This document shows positions 53,746-64,000 of a stretch of 64,000 nucleotides of DNA, piece by piece; position 1 is the first letter of the stretch, and the number at the start of each line of letters is the position of its first letter. The DNA comes from Candidatus Bathyarchaeota archaeon (GTDB taxonomy: Archaea; Thermoproteota; Bathyarchaeia; 40CM-2-53-6), in the NCBI GenBank assembly GCA_963833125.1, contig CAWHWX010000014.1:67367-131366 (forward strand), read 5' to 3'. Made by a program: the position numbers and the translations under genes. The notes beneath the pieces were generated by a model. The model was not told where the DNA came from. It searched no databases and was given only the letters and a program-made list of their open reading frames with translations.

Positions 53746-54249
53746 GTGAGTCGGTTGATTCGTCGATGTGAAGTTGCACGTAGGATCGTGCCCCTAATGC
53801 TGCTTGCCCTAATTCTCATACTGACCAACGTTTCACTCTCATACACCCAAACAACTGATGTAACCACCCTATCCTACCAGGCGTTCGATCAGTTAGCCGC
53901 AGTCTACAGCTCAGGGGGAACCGCTCCAGATCTCGTTTCGCGACTGAACTCCGCCTTATCGATAATCGAGGCCGCGCGGCTTGAGCGTGCTCAAGGGAAC
54001 ACCAGTAACGCTTTGGCACTTGAAGATCAAGCCCGGTCCATAATTCAGCAGCTGTCAAACCAAATTCCAGCTGCTCAACAACAGGCAGTTCAAGCCTCGA
54101 ACCTAAGGGTGGAGATAGTTTTGGCGGGGTCGGTCTTTGTTGTAGCTTTGTTGACGTTTTGCTTCTACGGAAGCTTACGGATTTGGAGATGGTATGAGCA
54201 GGAGAAGCTTTTCGAGATGAGGATACTTGATGAAGAGACTAAAAATTAG
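53746..54249 (+). CDS. Hypothetical membrane protein
   Basis: Signal-like N-terminus, helical middle, C-terminal TM helix. Confidence 0.7.
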   Translation: MSRLIRRCEVARRIVPLMLLALILILTNVSLSYTQTTDVTTLSYQAFDQLAAVYSSGGTAPDLVSRLNSALSIIEAARLERAQGNTSNALALEDQARSIIQQLSNQIPAAQQQAVQASNLRVEIVLAGSVFVVALLTFCFYGSLRIWRWYEQEKLFEMRILDEETKN

Positions 54250-54860
54250 TTCTAAGGATCTTAGGTACTTGCTCGCATTTTTCGTAATCGTCACCGTAAT
54301 CGTCTCCACACTGGCTTACGTTGAGTTAACCCCTCCCTATACCGATCAGTTCTTTTCAATGTGGATACTGGGCTCCAACGGGCTTACAGAAAATTACTTC
54401 CCCAACAACAACCCGAACCTGATTCTTGGCGAGCAGGTCAATTGGACGCTGGGAGTGTATAATCACATGTCGGCGTTGGAATACGTAGTCGTACGCGTCA
54501 AACTCCTCAACTCCACACAAACCGCTCCAAATGAATTAACCGGCGTAGCAAGCCCGGTTGCAGCAATTCTTCGAGTTTGCAAAAGTACTTACGAGCAATG
54601 AGACTTGGTCCATACCGTTCATCTGGATTATCGCAAGCGAAGCCAATCAGCAAGGGAATTCACTGATCACTGGACTTATGATAGATCGAACCCTAATTAC
54701 AGGAAACCTTGCACAAGCAATCTCAGGTTTCAATTTCCGTCTGGTGTTTGAACTCTGGTTTTACAACCAGAACGCCAACCGCCTAGCCTTTTCATGGTCA
54801 ACGCCAAGCGCAACCTATTCCGTTTGGGGGCAGTTGTGGTTCAACGCCACCGCCACCTAA
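54227..54860 (+). CDS. DUF1616-type extracellular domain protein (frameshift near 54570)
   Basis: FFSMWILGSNG...GVYNHM...RLVFELW...QLWFN. Confidence 0.75.
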
Positions 54861-55830
54861 ATGCGGGGACGTTTCAGGTTGTTCATCTCAGTTTCGGGAG
54901 TTTACAACAATCTAGTCAAGATTGACGATTGGAACGTGGGAATAGCCCGACAGTCTATTGCGGATTTTCTCAAGTCCGATACTCAACCAGAGATTTCTTG
55001 GCTTCCCGCCAGCTGGGAAAGGAAAATTCCTTGCTGACCCTTTCGGCTTAATCCGAAATGGTCGAATGGTCATACTCTGTGAAGAGTTCGATTATTCCAA
55101 GAGCCGAGGAAGGATCGTATACTACGAGGAAAGCGCCGATGATCATACGTTTTCAACGAAAGGTGTGGCTATAGAACTTCCAACTCACCTCTCATACCCT
55201 TATCTTCTAGAACATGAAGGCGAGGCTTACTGCATTCCAGAAACTGCTCAAACCCGCGAAATCGCGCTGTACAAAGCTCGAGACTTTCCGCGTGATTGGG
55301 AAAAGGTTGCGACGTTGATCAAAGATTTCCCTGGTGTGGATTCCTCGATATTTCATTTTAATGGACGCTGGTGGCTCACTTGCGCTAAGCAAGACGACAG
55401 GCCTTGGGAGAAACTATTCGTTTGGCACGCAGAAAATCTGACTGGACCTTGGCAACCCCATAGCGCCAACCCCGTCAAGGTGAACGCCCATTCATCGCAA
55501 CCCGCGGGCACTCCGTTTGTGCATGAAGGGAACTTGTACCGCCCCGCCCAAGACTGCTCAGAGCGTTATGGAGCGGACGTAGTCGTTAATCACGTCACGA
55601 GGCTTACGCCTGACGAATTCCATGAAGAGGAAACCGCGGCCATCAAACCGTTTAATCAATATCCTCAAGGAGTTCATACCCTTTCTTCCCTTGATGGTTT
55701 CAGTTTGGTCGATGGAAGACGGATGAGATATATTCGCTCTCTCTCCGAACTCAGGCACAACTTAGAGAGCCAGAGCCGTAACTTCCAACGTAGATCAAGT
55801 GGACAATCTATTGCGCCTACTCGTGCGTGA
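54861..55830 (+). CDS. Five-bladed propeller glycan-processing protein (GINT1 N-terminal-like), frameshift near 55000
   Basis: WNVGI in the upstream frame; FLADPF, HLSYPY, YCIPET, GPWQPHSANPV, RPAQDC. Confidence 0.8.
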
Positions 55831-56877
55831 GGCCCTCAAGAAGACTCCTGTATTTCTCAGCTATGATTTGCCAATCGTATTGCGATGCCTTCTTAATCGC
55901 ATTCTTCTCGAATTCCTCCCTCACAGATTTATTCTCCATGAGGTATCTAATCGACTTGACTAGAGCGTTGACGTCGTGTGGTTTGATGAGCATCGCACCT
56001 CGGCCGTTCTCGACATACTCCGAATAGCCATTCCTCGGACCTGTTGTGGCAACGAATGTTCTTCCGCAAGCCATGGCTTCTAATCCGACAAGCGGGAAAT
56101 TTTCATACTGTGACGGAAAAGCGCATATGGTCGCTTGGTTGTACAGAGCAGCAAGCGCCCGCCTGTCAGGCACGAAGTTGATGACTTTAACGTTAGGGAG
56201 TGCTGGAATCATGAACTCCCTGACTTCCAACGTTCGCGTCGTTCTGCATTTCCCCTGAACCAAAAATCATAGTCCGGGAGCGCCCGCGCAGCCTCAACCA
56301 AGTCCAACGCGCCTTTGTTTCTCGTAAACCTCCCAACGTACAGGACCACATGATTCTTCCTCTGGATGTCGGGAAGCGGCTTGAATATTCCGTATCCACT
56401 CCGTTAGGGATTGTAACCGTTTGCCGCCCGAATTGCTGTTGAATGTAATCTCTTTCCCATTTGCTGGGCGACGTTACGACATCGGCATGTCTCACGGCCG
56501 ACCTCATGAAGTTATTCTCGATCCAGGTTGGAATTCTAGCCTCATGCGAAGTGATTATCTTGGTTGCACAGGGCATTTCGAATGACGTACCCCCAGGGGA
56601 GTATCATATGGCAGTGGATTATGTTGGGTGAAACATCTCTTAGTATCTTCTCAATTTTGTCTCGGTAAATGGTTGAGTAAGTGATCGGTATCCATCGTGC
56701 GCGAGGGACAGTGTGTATTTCGACGAGCTGCTTAATTTCGGGAGAGCCTTCGTCGGTAGTTAACATGTGCACTTCGAATCGGTCTACGACCCTCTTCGCG
56801 ATTTCCCACGCAACCCACTCAGCCCCGCCACAGATCGGCGGCAAATAAGTTGAGGCGATTAGAAGCGTGGGCTTCAT
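55817..56877 (-). CDS. GT4 family glycosyltransferase (frameshifted into three ORFs)
   Basis: PPICGGAE, IPNGVD, PSQYENFPLVGLEAMACG. Confidence 0.88.
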
Positions 56878-56977
56878 CGGGGAACGAAATTCTGGATTAC
56901 GACAGACGTTACTTAAGGATGATTATGCGTGCTAACGTCAAGTCGTTGGTTCCTTTCGATTGGAATGGTGGCGCTTC

Positions 56978-57700
56978 TTACAAATGAAAACTATACTGCT
57001 GGCTTGGCGCTTTCGATGTGATTGTAGGGAAAAGTTGTGGATAATCAGGAAATGGATACAACGCTGTCAAGATGACATCCGTAATTTCAAAATACCTTGA
57101 TAACAATCCTGTCCAATTCTTCCTGCTGAAATCAAGGAATTCTTGGACCACTGAAGATGCGTAGGAACCCTGTGGCCCGGGGATAATGATTTCAAGCAAG
57201 GACCTCAAAGACCTGTCTTTACGCAAGAATCGACTAATCCTAAGATGATTTGTGAATAAGAAGCATGATATCATTCTGATGAAAGCCATTGTTCCACTTG
57301 GAACAACAACTACGACCAATCCATCAGGTTTGAGAACTCTTATCATTTCTTTGAGACTTTTTTCTCTATTATTGAAATATTGCAAACTGTGCGAAGAAAG
57401 GACAACTTCGAATGCATCGTTTTGAAAGGGTAGGTATTCAGAAATTGCTACGAGTAGTGCAGATGATTTTGAGGGCTTCATTCTTTCCCAAGGCACAGAA
57501 TCACTTCTTACCCCAACTTCCAAGTCAATTCCTACTGGTGAGAATCCAAGCTTTTCAGCTTTTTCAAGCGCATAGCCATTTCCAAAACCTACGTCTAGAA
57601 ATCTTCCATATGAGTGGGCAGACAGAAATTGCACGAAACAGCCCCATTCGATTTCACGAATCTTTCTTTGACGATTATGTAGTTTAATTGCACTACTCAT
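56978..57700 (-). CDS. Class I SAM-dependent methyltransferase
   Basis: FLDVGFGNG, LPFQNDAFE, EMIRVLKPDG. Confidence 0.85.
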   Translation of the reverse strand: MSSAIKLHNRQRKIREIEWGCFVQFLSAHSYGRFLDVGFGNGYALEKAEKLGFSPVGIDLEVGVRSDSVPWERMKPSKSSALLVAISEYLPFQNDAFEVVLSSHSLQYFNNREKSLKEMIRVLKPDGLVVVVVPSGTMAFIRMISCFLFTNHLRISRFLRKDRSLRSLLEIIIPGPQGSYASSVVQEFLDFSRKNWTGLLSRYFEITDVILTALYPFPDYPQLFPTITSKAPSQQYSFHL

Positions 57701-57788
57701 CTTTCAACACGGCTTGTTGATTTTTTGTGAGCATTCTTGGGGATCGAATGTTACTGAACAACCCGCAAGCTAGCGCTTATTCGTCTGC

Positions 57789-58928
57789 CTACCTTGAGAG
57801 GATTTGGGCATAAATGCTGAGATAGGTGTCAACGACCGTGTTTCCATGAAAAATAGCGTTCAACCAAGACGGCTGCTCTAGTTCCGGCAGCATCGGCCTC
57901 ATGTCTGTTTTCCATGATTTCGGAGAATTAGTTTTGCAATTTCTTCGGGTTCTCCGGTATTTGCGAATAACATGGCCTCGTTAAAGATCGCTAGGTCATC
58001 TCTGAATTGAGTGATGATTGGTTTGGAGAGGGCTGCGGCTTCAAGATGAACTTGACTCAGGCCTTCAAGGCGAGCGTCAACTGCGAGGTGAGTCAACACA
58101 ATGTCTGCGCAACCCATATACCCCATCATCCTTTCATGAGTCAGGTTACCTAGAAAGTATACGTGATCTTCAATCCTCAGCTTTCGTGAAAGTTCTTCCA
58201 AGTAACGTTGATCTTTTCCACTCCCGCCGAAAAACAGGCGGATGTTCAGTCCTCGCTCGACAAGCATAGCAACTGATCGGATAGCAATGTCTTGACCCTT
58301 CAGATCTGCGATCAGTCTTCCAGGGAAAAACAAACAAACGGCACCCTCCCTCCTCAGCTCATCCATCATTTTTGCTTCATGACGTTCTCGCTCCGCCGTC
58401 ATTCTAACAGCAGTCTACATCGATGCCATTCGGTACGATTGACGTCTTGTTTTTGAAACGGGTAAAACTGCGAGCTGCGTTCATAGAGACCGCGACGATT
58501 CGAGCGGACTGGGACGCAGCAAAATTCAGGCACATCCGCATAAAGGCAGGGTACGCACCATGTTTCTGAGTGAAGTAGAGGTTCTCTCCGCCATGAAGTG
58601 TAATGATTGTCTTGGTGCAGCATGGTATGGCTAAGGTCCTTATGACAGAGCCACCCTCGCCGTGGATATGAACAATATCATAATCCTCACCAATCACGCT
58701 CAATTCGATCGCCGCAATCAACTGACCAATACTCTTGTACATCAATGGGACTGCGATGATTCGCGCACCCGTTGCTCCAAAAAAATGGATCAGCTCATTT
58801 GGACAGAGAACGCTCACATTGTGACCTTTCAGCATCAACGCTCTTGTAAGGTCGAAAACAACTCTCTCCATTCCGGAGACCCTAGGAGAGCCAATGATCT
58901 TTAGGATCCGGAGTCGTTCTCGAACCAA
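57789..58928 (-). CDS. GT4 family glycosyltransferase (frameshifted)
   Basis: SGMERVV, DIVHIHG, VPNGID, KGQD, EGLSQVHLEAAA. Confidence 0.85.
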
Positions 58929-59199
58929 GTTTGAAATCGGTCAGCTTCTGAGGTTCGAGTATCTTAACTGTTCTTCGTAGTGGGCTTGATAAGAATGTCG
59001 GAGCCGCCTTGGCCCGTAATGGGCTCGATACAATTTACATAGCCAATCAAATTTCGTTGATTCGTGATCGCTGAGGCCAAGAGGTTGCAATGGGACGGAA
59101 GTAGTTGATTTCTCGTTAGATTATTCGAGCACTATTCAAGGTTGTGTAATCATGGTAACTTCGCCGGAAGAATAGATGACATCGTGAGTGATGAGGATT

Positions 59200-60884
59200 T
59201 CATGTAGGCCTTGGGAAGTGACGAGCGTAATTCGCGAAGGGCACGGTGGACATGCTCTTACGCAAGATTACAACATCGCCAATTGATGGATAGGTGGACG
59301 CCCATTGGGCGAGTGTTACGTTTAGAGAGGGGTCTGGTTCCAGAATGTTCTTTTGTCCGTAGCCCCCGACGTAGTCAAACGCAATCTTGTCCCCCCAGAG
59401 AGTATTGCCGCCAGTGTAGTTCTTCACGAAATATCCCGCAGATTGCCATTGAAAGAGTGGGAACCTAACGTCTTCAATATCCAACGAGGCTTTGTTGTCG
59501 TGGAAGTATCGTGGGTAGTTGTAGTATACCCCTGCTACGACGACTATGCAGATCAAGCAAATGCTCATGACCTGTTGATATCTGATCTTTGAACGTAAGT
59601 GCGATGAAGTCTTCAAAATCGCGTAGAGGGAGATTGGGGCTGCGAAGAAGTAGACGTATATGAAACCTCTTGAGAGAAGATCCGTTGCCTGATGCGATTT
59701 AAAGTAAAACGTTAGCCCGATGAAGAAGAGCAGAGCGCCGCTGATAGCGTAAGGGAGAAACTGTTTGTATTGCGCAGCTTCCCGTTTCCTCAAAGTCCAG
59801 ATGAATCCTAGCATACAGGTTCCAGCGAATAGAACGATTCCTATGTCTCCCACCACACGGTCCCACGATGTGGGTACGGTTTTGGCAACAGTCAATGGGA
59901 ATGCTAGGGGGGCATTGACTCCCAAGAAAGTGGCAACTACGAAATCTGCGAATCCCACGCTAGTCGCGAAGAATGGTAAGGCCACAAATGCAAGCCACGT
60001 AAACGTCATGGTCACGATTAGCCCAGGCATCTTTAGCATCGAACTTTCCACAGACCCCCGTTTCATATTGAACCAGCGAGTTAGGACAAGTATGCCCAAC
60101 GCAGCGAAGAGGAAGAAGACCGAGCCCACAATCGCGGTAAATTCATGTGACGCGACAGTCGCAAACGCTGCCAGAACAGTGAGAAGACGCCAAGTAACTC
60201 CAGGCTTTGTCAGGGTGTAAAGCGCGAGCGAAAGAAAGGCCAAAGCCAGCGGTTGGTGAACCGTAAGGGCGTCAAAGCGCACAAACCAAAAACAACTCCC
60301 AGCGATGAAGCCCGCGATAATGGCCTCTCGCGTTCGGGAGGAAGGCCTTGTAGAAGCCAACCAAGAATGTGATGGTAATCACCCCGAAGAAAGGGCCCGC
60401 ATACTTCAAAATGGTTTCAACTGGAACTCCTAGAAGTGCGCCGCTCATCACGATAAATGTCTCTAACATGGGTGTGAAAATGTAACCCTCTGCGTAGTAC
60501 GTTGGCGGGTTGAACGTGATTCCGCCGGAGGCTGCGATGTTTTGCACGATCTGCAATTCATATAACATATCAGGATAATTCGTGATGATTCCTTCAGGGA
60601 ATCTTATTGGCATAAGCATCCTCATCGTTAAGACCCAAAGCGCAAGGAGAAGAATTCGTTGAGAGGACTTGATTCCGGAGGATTTGAACAGAATAATCGT
60701 CAGCGCCACCACGGATACAAGATGGGCCGCGGTCGAACACTATCGATGGAGTATCGAAGTAAATTAGCGAACGCACATAAGTTAGGGTAATTGATAATGA
60801 AGCAACAAGAATCCCAACTAACACTTTGTCTGACAAAATAATTGACCCCTGAGACGAATCTCTCACAGGATTGTCAGACTGCAT
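59200..60884 (-). CDS. Polytopic membrane protein, possibly GT-C or polymerase-like (frameshifted; true 3' end probably near 59030)
   Basis: Many TM segments over three ORFs inside a glycosylation locus; YPDMLYE, SHEFT. Confidence 0.6.
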
Positions 60885-61001
60885 GCCAGCAGTGTCGATT
60901 AGCTATGTAATATAGGCTGCGGCGTAAGTGTCGAGTATTCTCTCATAGGCGAGAGGAAACCTAGACGAGGAGATCTGAAAACCGGGAAGTATGGTTCACG
61001 T

Positions 61002-62256
61002 TCATCGTGAAATGACGTGATTCAATCCGACGAACTGGTATATGATGCAAATTATGAATAATCCAACGAGCAAGAGAGCAGCCAACCTCAGCCTCTTTCG
61101 ATTAATCAAAACTCCATAACCGCCCCTGGAATATAGTGGGGATACAAGTTCCGAGGCAGTGAGCAAGAATACTGACATTACAGCTGTCCAAACGGTTAAG
61201 CTACCTAGGGTTAATGGCAGAACCGGCAATAGAGGTCCGGTTAGCGGATTTTGTCCAAACGGCCCGTTTGGATTATTCTGCGTTTGCACCTGAGAGAGGT
61301 CGCGATATAGAATTGTCCATCCGAACTTTTGGTCTGTAACATTCGAAGCGAGGTCCAGGGACAAGCCCGCCTTTACCCGAGCGGTGTAATTTAGATTCAT
61401 CACGTTATACCCAACTATGTCTAACAGCGTGACTCCTTGCGGCAGGTTTACGGTAAACGCTTCCGGAACAGGGTGTATGTCGTTGTACCTTTGGTATGGG
61501 TATTCCCTCCAAGCCAACGCGAAGTTGCCTGGGCTCAAGGCCTGCAGGACGTATAGTACGTCAAATCTCAGTACGAAAGAGTAGCCCGCGGGCTTGGGCC
61601 CCGTTAAGTTTACGACGACGAGATTGTTGCTTTCTGCAGCTACTGGAAGTGACTTGTTCGTCGTATAGTCGTACGCGGTGACGTTAGAAGCGTAGGGCAT
61701 GTAGATACTGTATGAGCTCCAAGTCTGATTACTAGGCTGAATTACTACTCTCAGACTTCCGAGAATTCGAGGTGGCGAAGACTGGACAACCGTGACGTTC
61801 CAATAGTTGAATTGGGTAATGATGGCGGTCAAGGTGAAGTAATCGGAGTAGATGAGGGAAGCTGTCCGCGAGAAAATCAAGCCTCCAACGTCCCGGTTCA
61901 GCTGCCGCATGGGTTCCGCTTATCCGCAAACTGTCGATTTCCGAGCAGGGTGAAGCAGTGCACTGTGCTACCCAACCATCACTTTGATGCAGTTGACCCG
62001 TAGGATCGTACCAGTTCCAGGTAATGTTTGCACTGTAAAACTGCGCTTGAACATACGCGTAAACATGGGCGTCGTCCTGCGTGAAAGTTGAAGTCCGGTT
62101 TACCAACGCAATATTCCCGCTCTTAGTGTATTTGTAACCCATTGCGAAAGCGTGGTCCACTATTACGATCGCCGGGGCGGCTTGAACGTTGATACAGTCC
62201 TGCGCCACCACAATCAGAACAATAGCCGCAAAGGCGAACAAGAACTGTCTCTTCAA
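61002..62256 (-). CDS. Secreted protein with C-terminal TM helices (frameshift near 61860)
   Basis: Signal peptide, WYDPTG...PGRWRL Ig-like domain, two C-terminal TM helices. Confidence 0.7.
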
Positions 62257-62479
62257 CGCGATTCCCTAATGTTCAGCCGAACTCTTCCTACGCGTCACTA
62301 TCAACGAGTGCGACAGCGCTAATCTACTTGTCGCCTGAATGCAGAAGAGACACTTCAAAAATGCTCCTGCGGCGAAAGGCTAGTTCTAGTCCAGTGTTTC
62401 CGACAAGTTATAAGACAAGCAATTCTGAATCTCTCTTAGAGACGCCCTGCCGCACAACTCTGCCACCCCAGGGATCAAT

Positions 62480-64000
62480 ATGCAACTCACTCACCTGTCG
62501 AGAACCTCTAGGGCCACCGTAGCTGCGGCTATCATAGTTCTCGCGCTATCGCTCCCTAACGGTCTTCGGGCAGTAAATGTGCATGCGCTCTTGACTGGCG
62601 GGACTCTAACTGAGTGGACCGTCCCGACGCCCGGTAGCGGACCTGCCTCCTTGGTTTTGGACCAATCTGGTTCATGCTGTTGGTTTGTGGAATACTACGG
62701 GAACAAGATAGGTCACCTTGACCCGAACACGAACACTTTTCAGGAGTGGCTCATACCCACGGCTAACGCTAACCCCTACAGCCTTACGATTACCTCGAGT
62801 TCGGGTCCACCGCAATTATGGGGGACCGAGTATGGCTCAGGTAAACTCTTCATGTTTTCACCAACCTCAGGCAATTTCCGCGAGTTTTCCCTGCCGCACA
62901 GTGACACGGGCGCCGGATATGTTTCGGTAGAACCAGGCGGGCCACAGGTTAGGGTTTGGTTTACTGAAACAATCTCTAACGCGAATGGTGAACTCATCTA
63001 TGATCCTATCACGGGGAATGCCACACTCTACGAGGATTACTTCCCCGCGGCAGTAGGTGGCGGTGCATACGGTGTTTACGCACAATCAGATTCAGTATGG
63101 TTTGCAGGCTTCTCTGCGATCGTTAGATGGGATCGAGTGTTACAGCAATATACTATGTGGCAACTGCCGGTTCACGGCTCGGCAGTTGGGCGCTTCATTT
63201 CAATCGATGCGTATGGGCAGTTGTGGTATACTCAAGGAACCACTAACGCAACGAGCCTCAATAATTTTGTAGGCGTTCTTCGCCCCGACTCCACGATAAT
63301 GGAATGGCGGTTGCCGACTCCAGGCGCTGACGCTAGGGAGATCAGCATTAACCCTCGTTCGCGACAACCGTGGATAACCGAACGATCCTTGGCCGCTGGA
63401 AACGGTACGATCGCAGTTCTAGGGAACTCCAGCGGAGGAACATTGTTTTCGCCCACCCAAACCACCGCGCCTTCTGGCGGAACTCCATATACGCTTGCAT
63501 CAGCCGCAAGAGTGTTGACTACCACATCGACTACCGTTACGCCGAATAATAGGCGACTTCCTGAGGTGAGAGGTGAGTTCTTTTCTGAATATTCACTGGG
63601 GTCGACGGCACCTCAAGGCGTAGTCACTGATTCACAGGGAAATACATGGATCAGTGAACCTGGAGCAAACAAGATCGCCAGACTCTCGGGCCTAAGCCCG
63701 GATTTCGCCCTAAGCGCACCTCCAGACTCAATAACAATCCCACCTGGAGGATCTGGAGCCGTATCAATCACAGGAACATCAATCTACGGATATGCAGGCG
63801 CACCTACTCTAAACCCCCTGAATCTCCCAGCTGGTGTTACGGTGACTTTCGCTCAGAATCCGATCACAATTACCCCAACAGAAAATGCTTCATCGCAGAT
63901 GACAGTCGATGTCAGCCCCAACACAACCACGGGAACCATGCAAATAACCGTCGAAGGGAATGATGGAAAGGTCGCCCACACAACGAGCATTGTGCTTATG
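62480..64000 (+). CDS. Secreted Vgb (virginiamycin B lyase)-like beta-propeller surface protein, runs off the window end
   Basis: Manual translation MQLTHLSRTSRATVAAAIIVLAL...EWTVPTPGSGP...WFVEYYGNKIGHLDP...WISEPGANKIAR, followed by an Ig-like repeat; absent from the ORF track because it has no stop codon in the window. Confidence 0.85.
   Translation, partial: MQLTHLSRTSRATVAAAIIVLALSLPNGLRAVNVHALLTGGTLTEWTVPTPGSGPASLVLDQSGSCCWFVEYYGNKIGHLDPNTNTFQEWLIPTANANPYSLTITSSSGPPQLWGTEYGSGKLFMFSPTSGNFREFSLPHSDTGAGYVSVEPGGPQVRVWFTETISNANGELIYDPITGNATLYEDYFPAAVGGGAYGVYAQSDSVWFAGFSAIVRWDRVLQQYTMWQLPVHGSAVGRFISIDAYGQLWYTQGTTNATSLNNFVGVLRPDSTIMEWRLPTPGADAREISINPRSRQPWITERSLAAGNGTIAVLGNSSGGTLFSPTQTTAPSGGTPYTLASAARVLTTTSTTVTPNNRRLPEVRGEFFSEYSLGSTAPQGVVTDSQGNTWISEPGANKIARLSGLSPDFALSAPPDSITIPPGGSGAVSITGTSIYGYAGAPTLNPLNLPAGVTVTFAQNPITITPTENASSQMTVDVSPNTTTGTMQITVEGNDGKVAHTTSIVLM

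Overview
Archaeal chromosomal DNA of roughly balanced GC. An unsplit RpoB and a fused RpoA'/A'' suggest a TACK-lineage genome (Bathyarchaeia- or Nitrososphaeria-like; this is inference). More than 20 genes, including the essential rpoB and rpoA, carry 1-2 nt frameshifts, which points to uncorrected long-read indels rather than real pseudogenes. Left part: a surface protein, coaBC, a nitrilase, an AT-rich HEPN-motif gene, a bacterial-style thiol/quinone-stress cluster (DsbA-like, DoxX, Rieske, HxlR, perhydrolase, YcaC, MhqO/MhqD-like), oxidoreductases, an MFS transporter, an M48 peptidase and OsmC. Centre: the rpoH-rpoB-rpoA-rpl30e-nusA operon (no rps12/rps7 after it), hflX, an ALDH7-type dehydrogenase and an NAD epimerase. 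About 34.5-44.9 kb: a signalling island with two cytoplasmic PAS histidine kinases (one FixL-like heme PAS, one with four tandem 128-aa PAS repeats) and two receivers. It is bracketed on both sides by paralogous small membrane proteins and matrixin-like proteins that lack two zinc ligands, several of which share an unrecognised short helical module. This island is the best candidate for an undescribed system. Right part: a MoxR/DUF58/DUF4350/DUF4129/DUF1616 cassette inside a surface-glycosylation locus, then a Vgb-like propeller surface protein that runs off the end. No rRNA, tRNA, CRISPR array or transposase was recognised.
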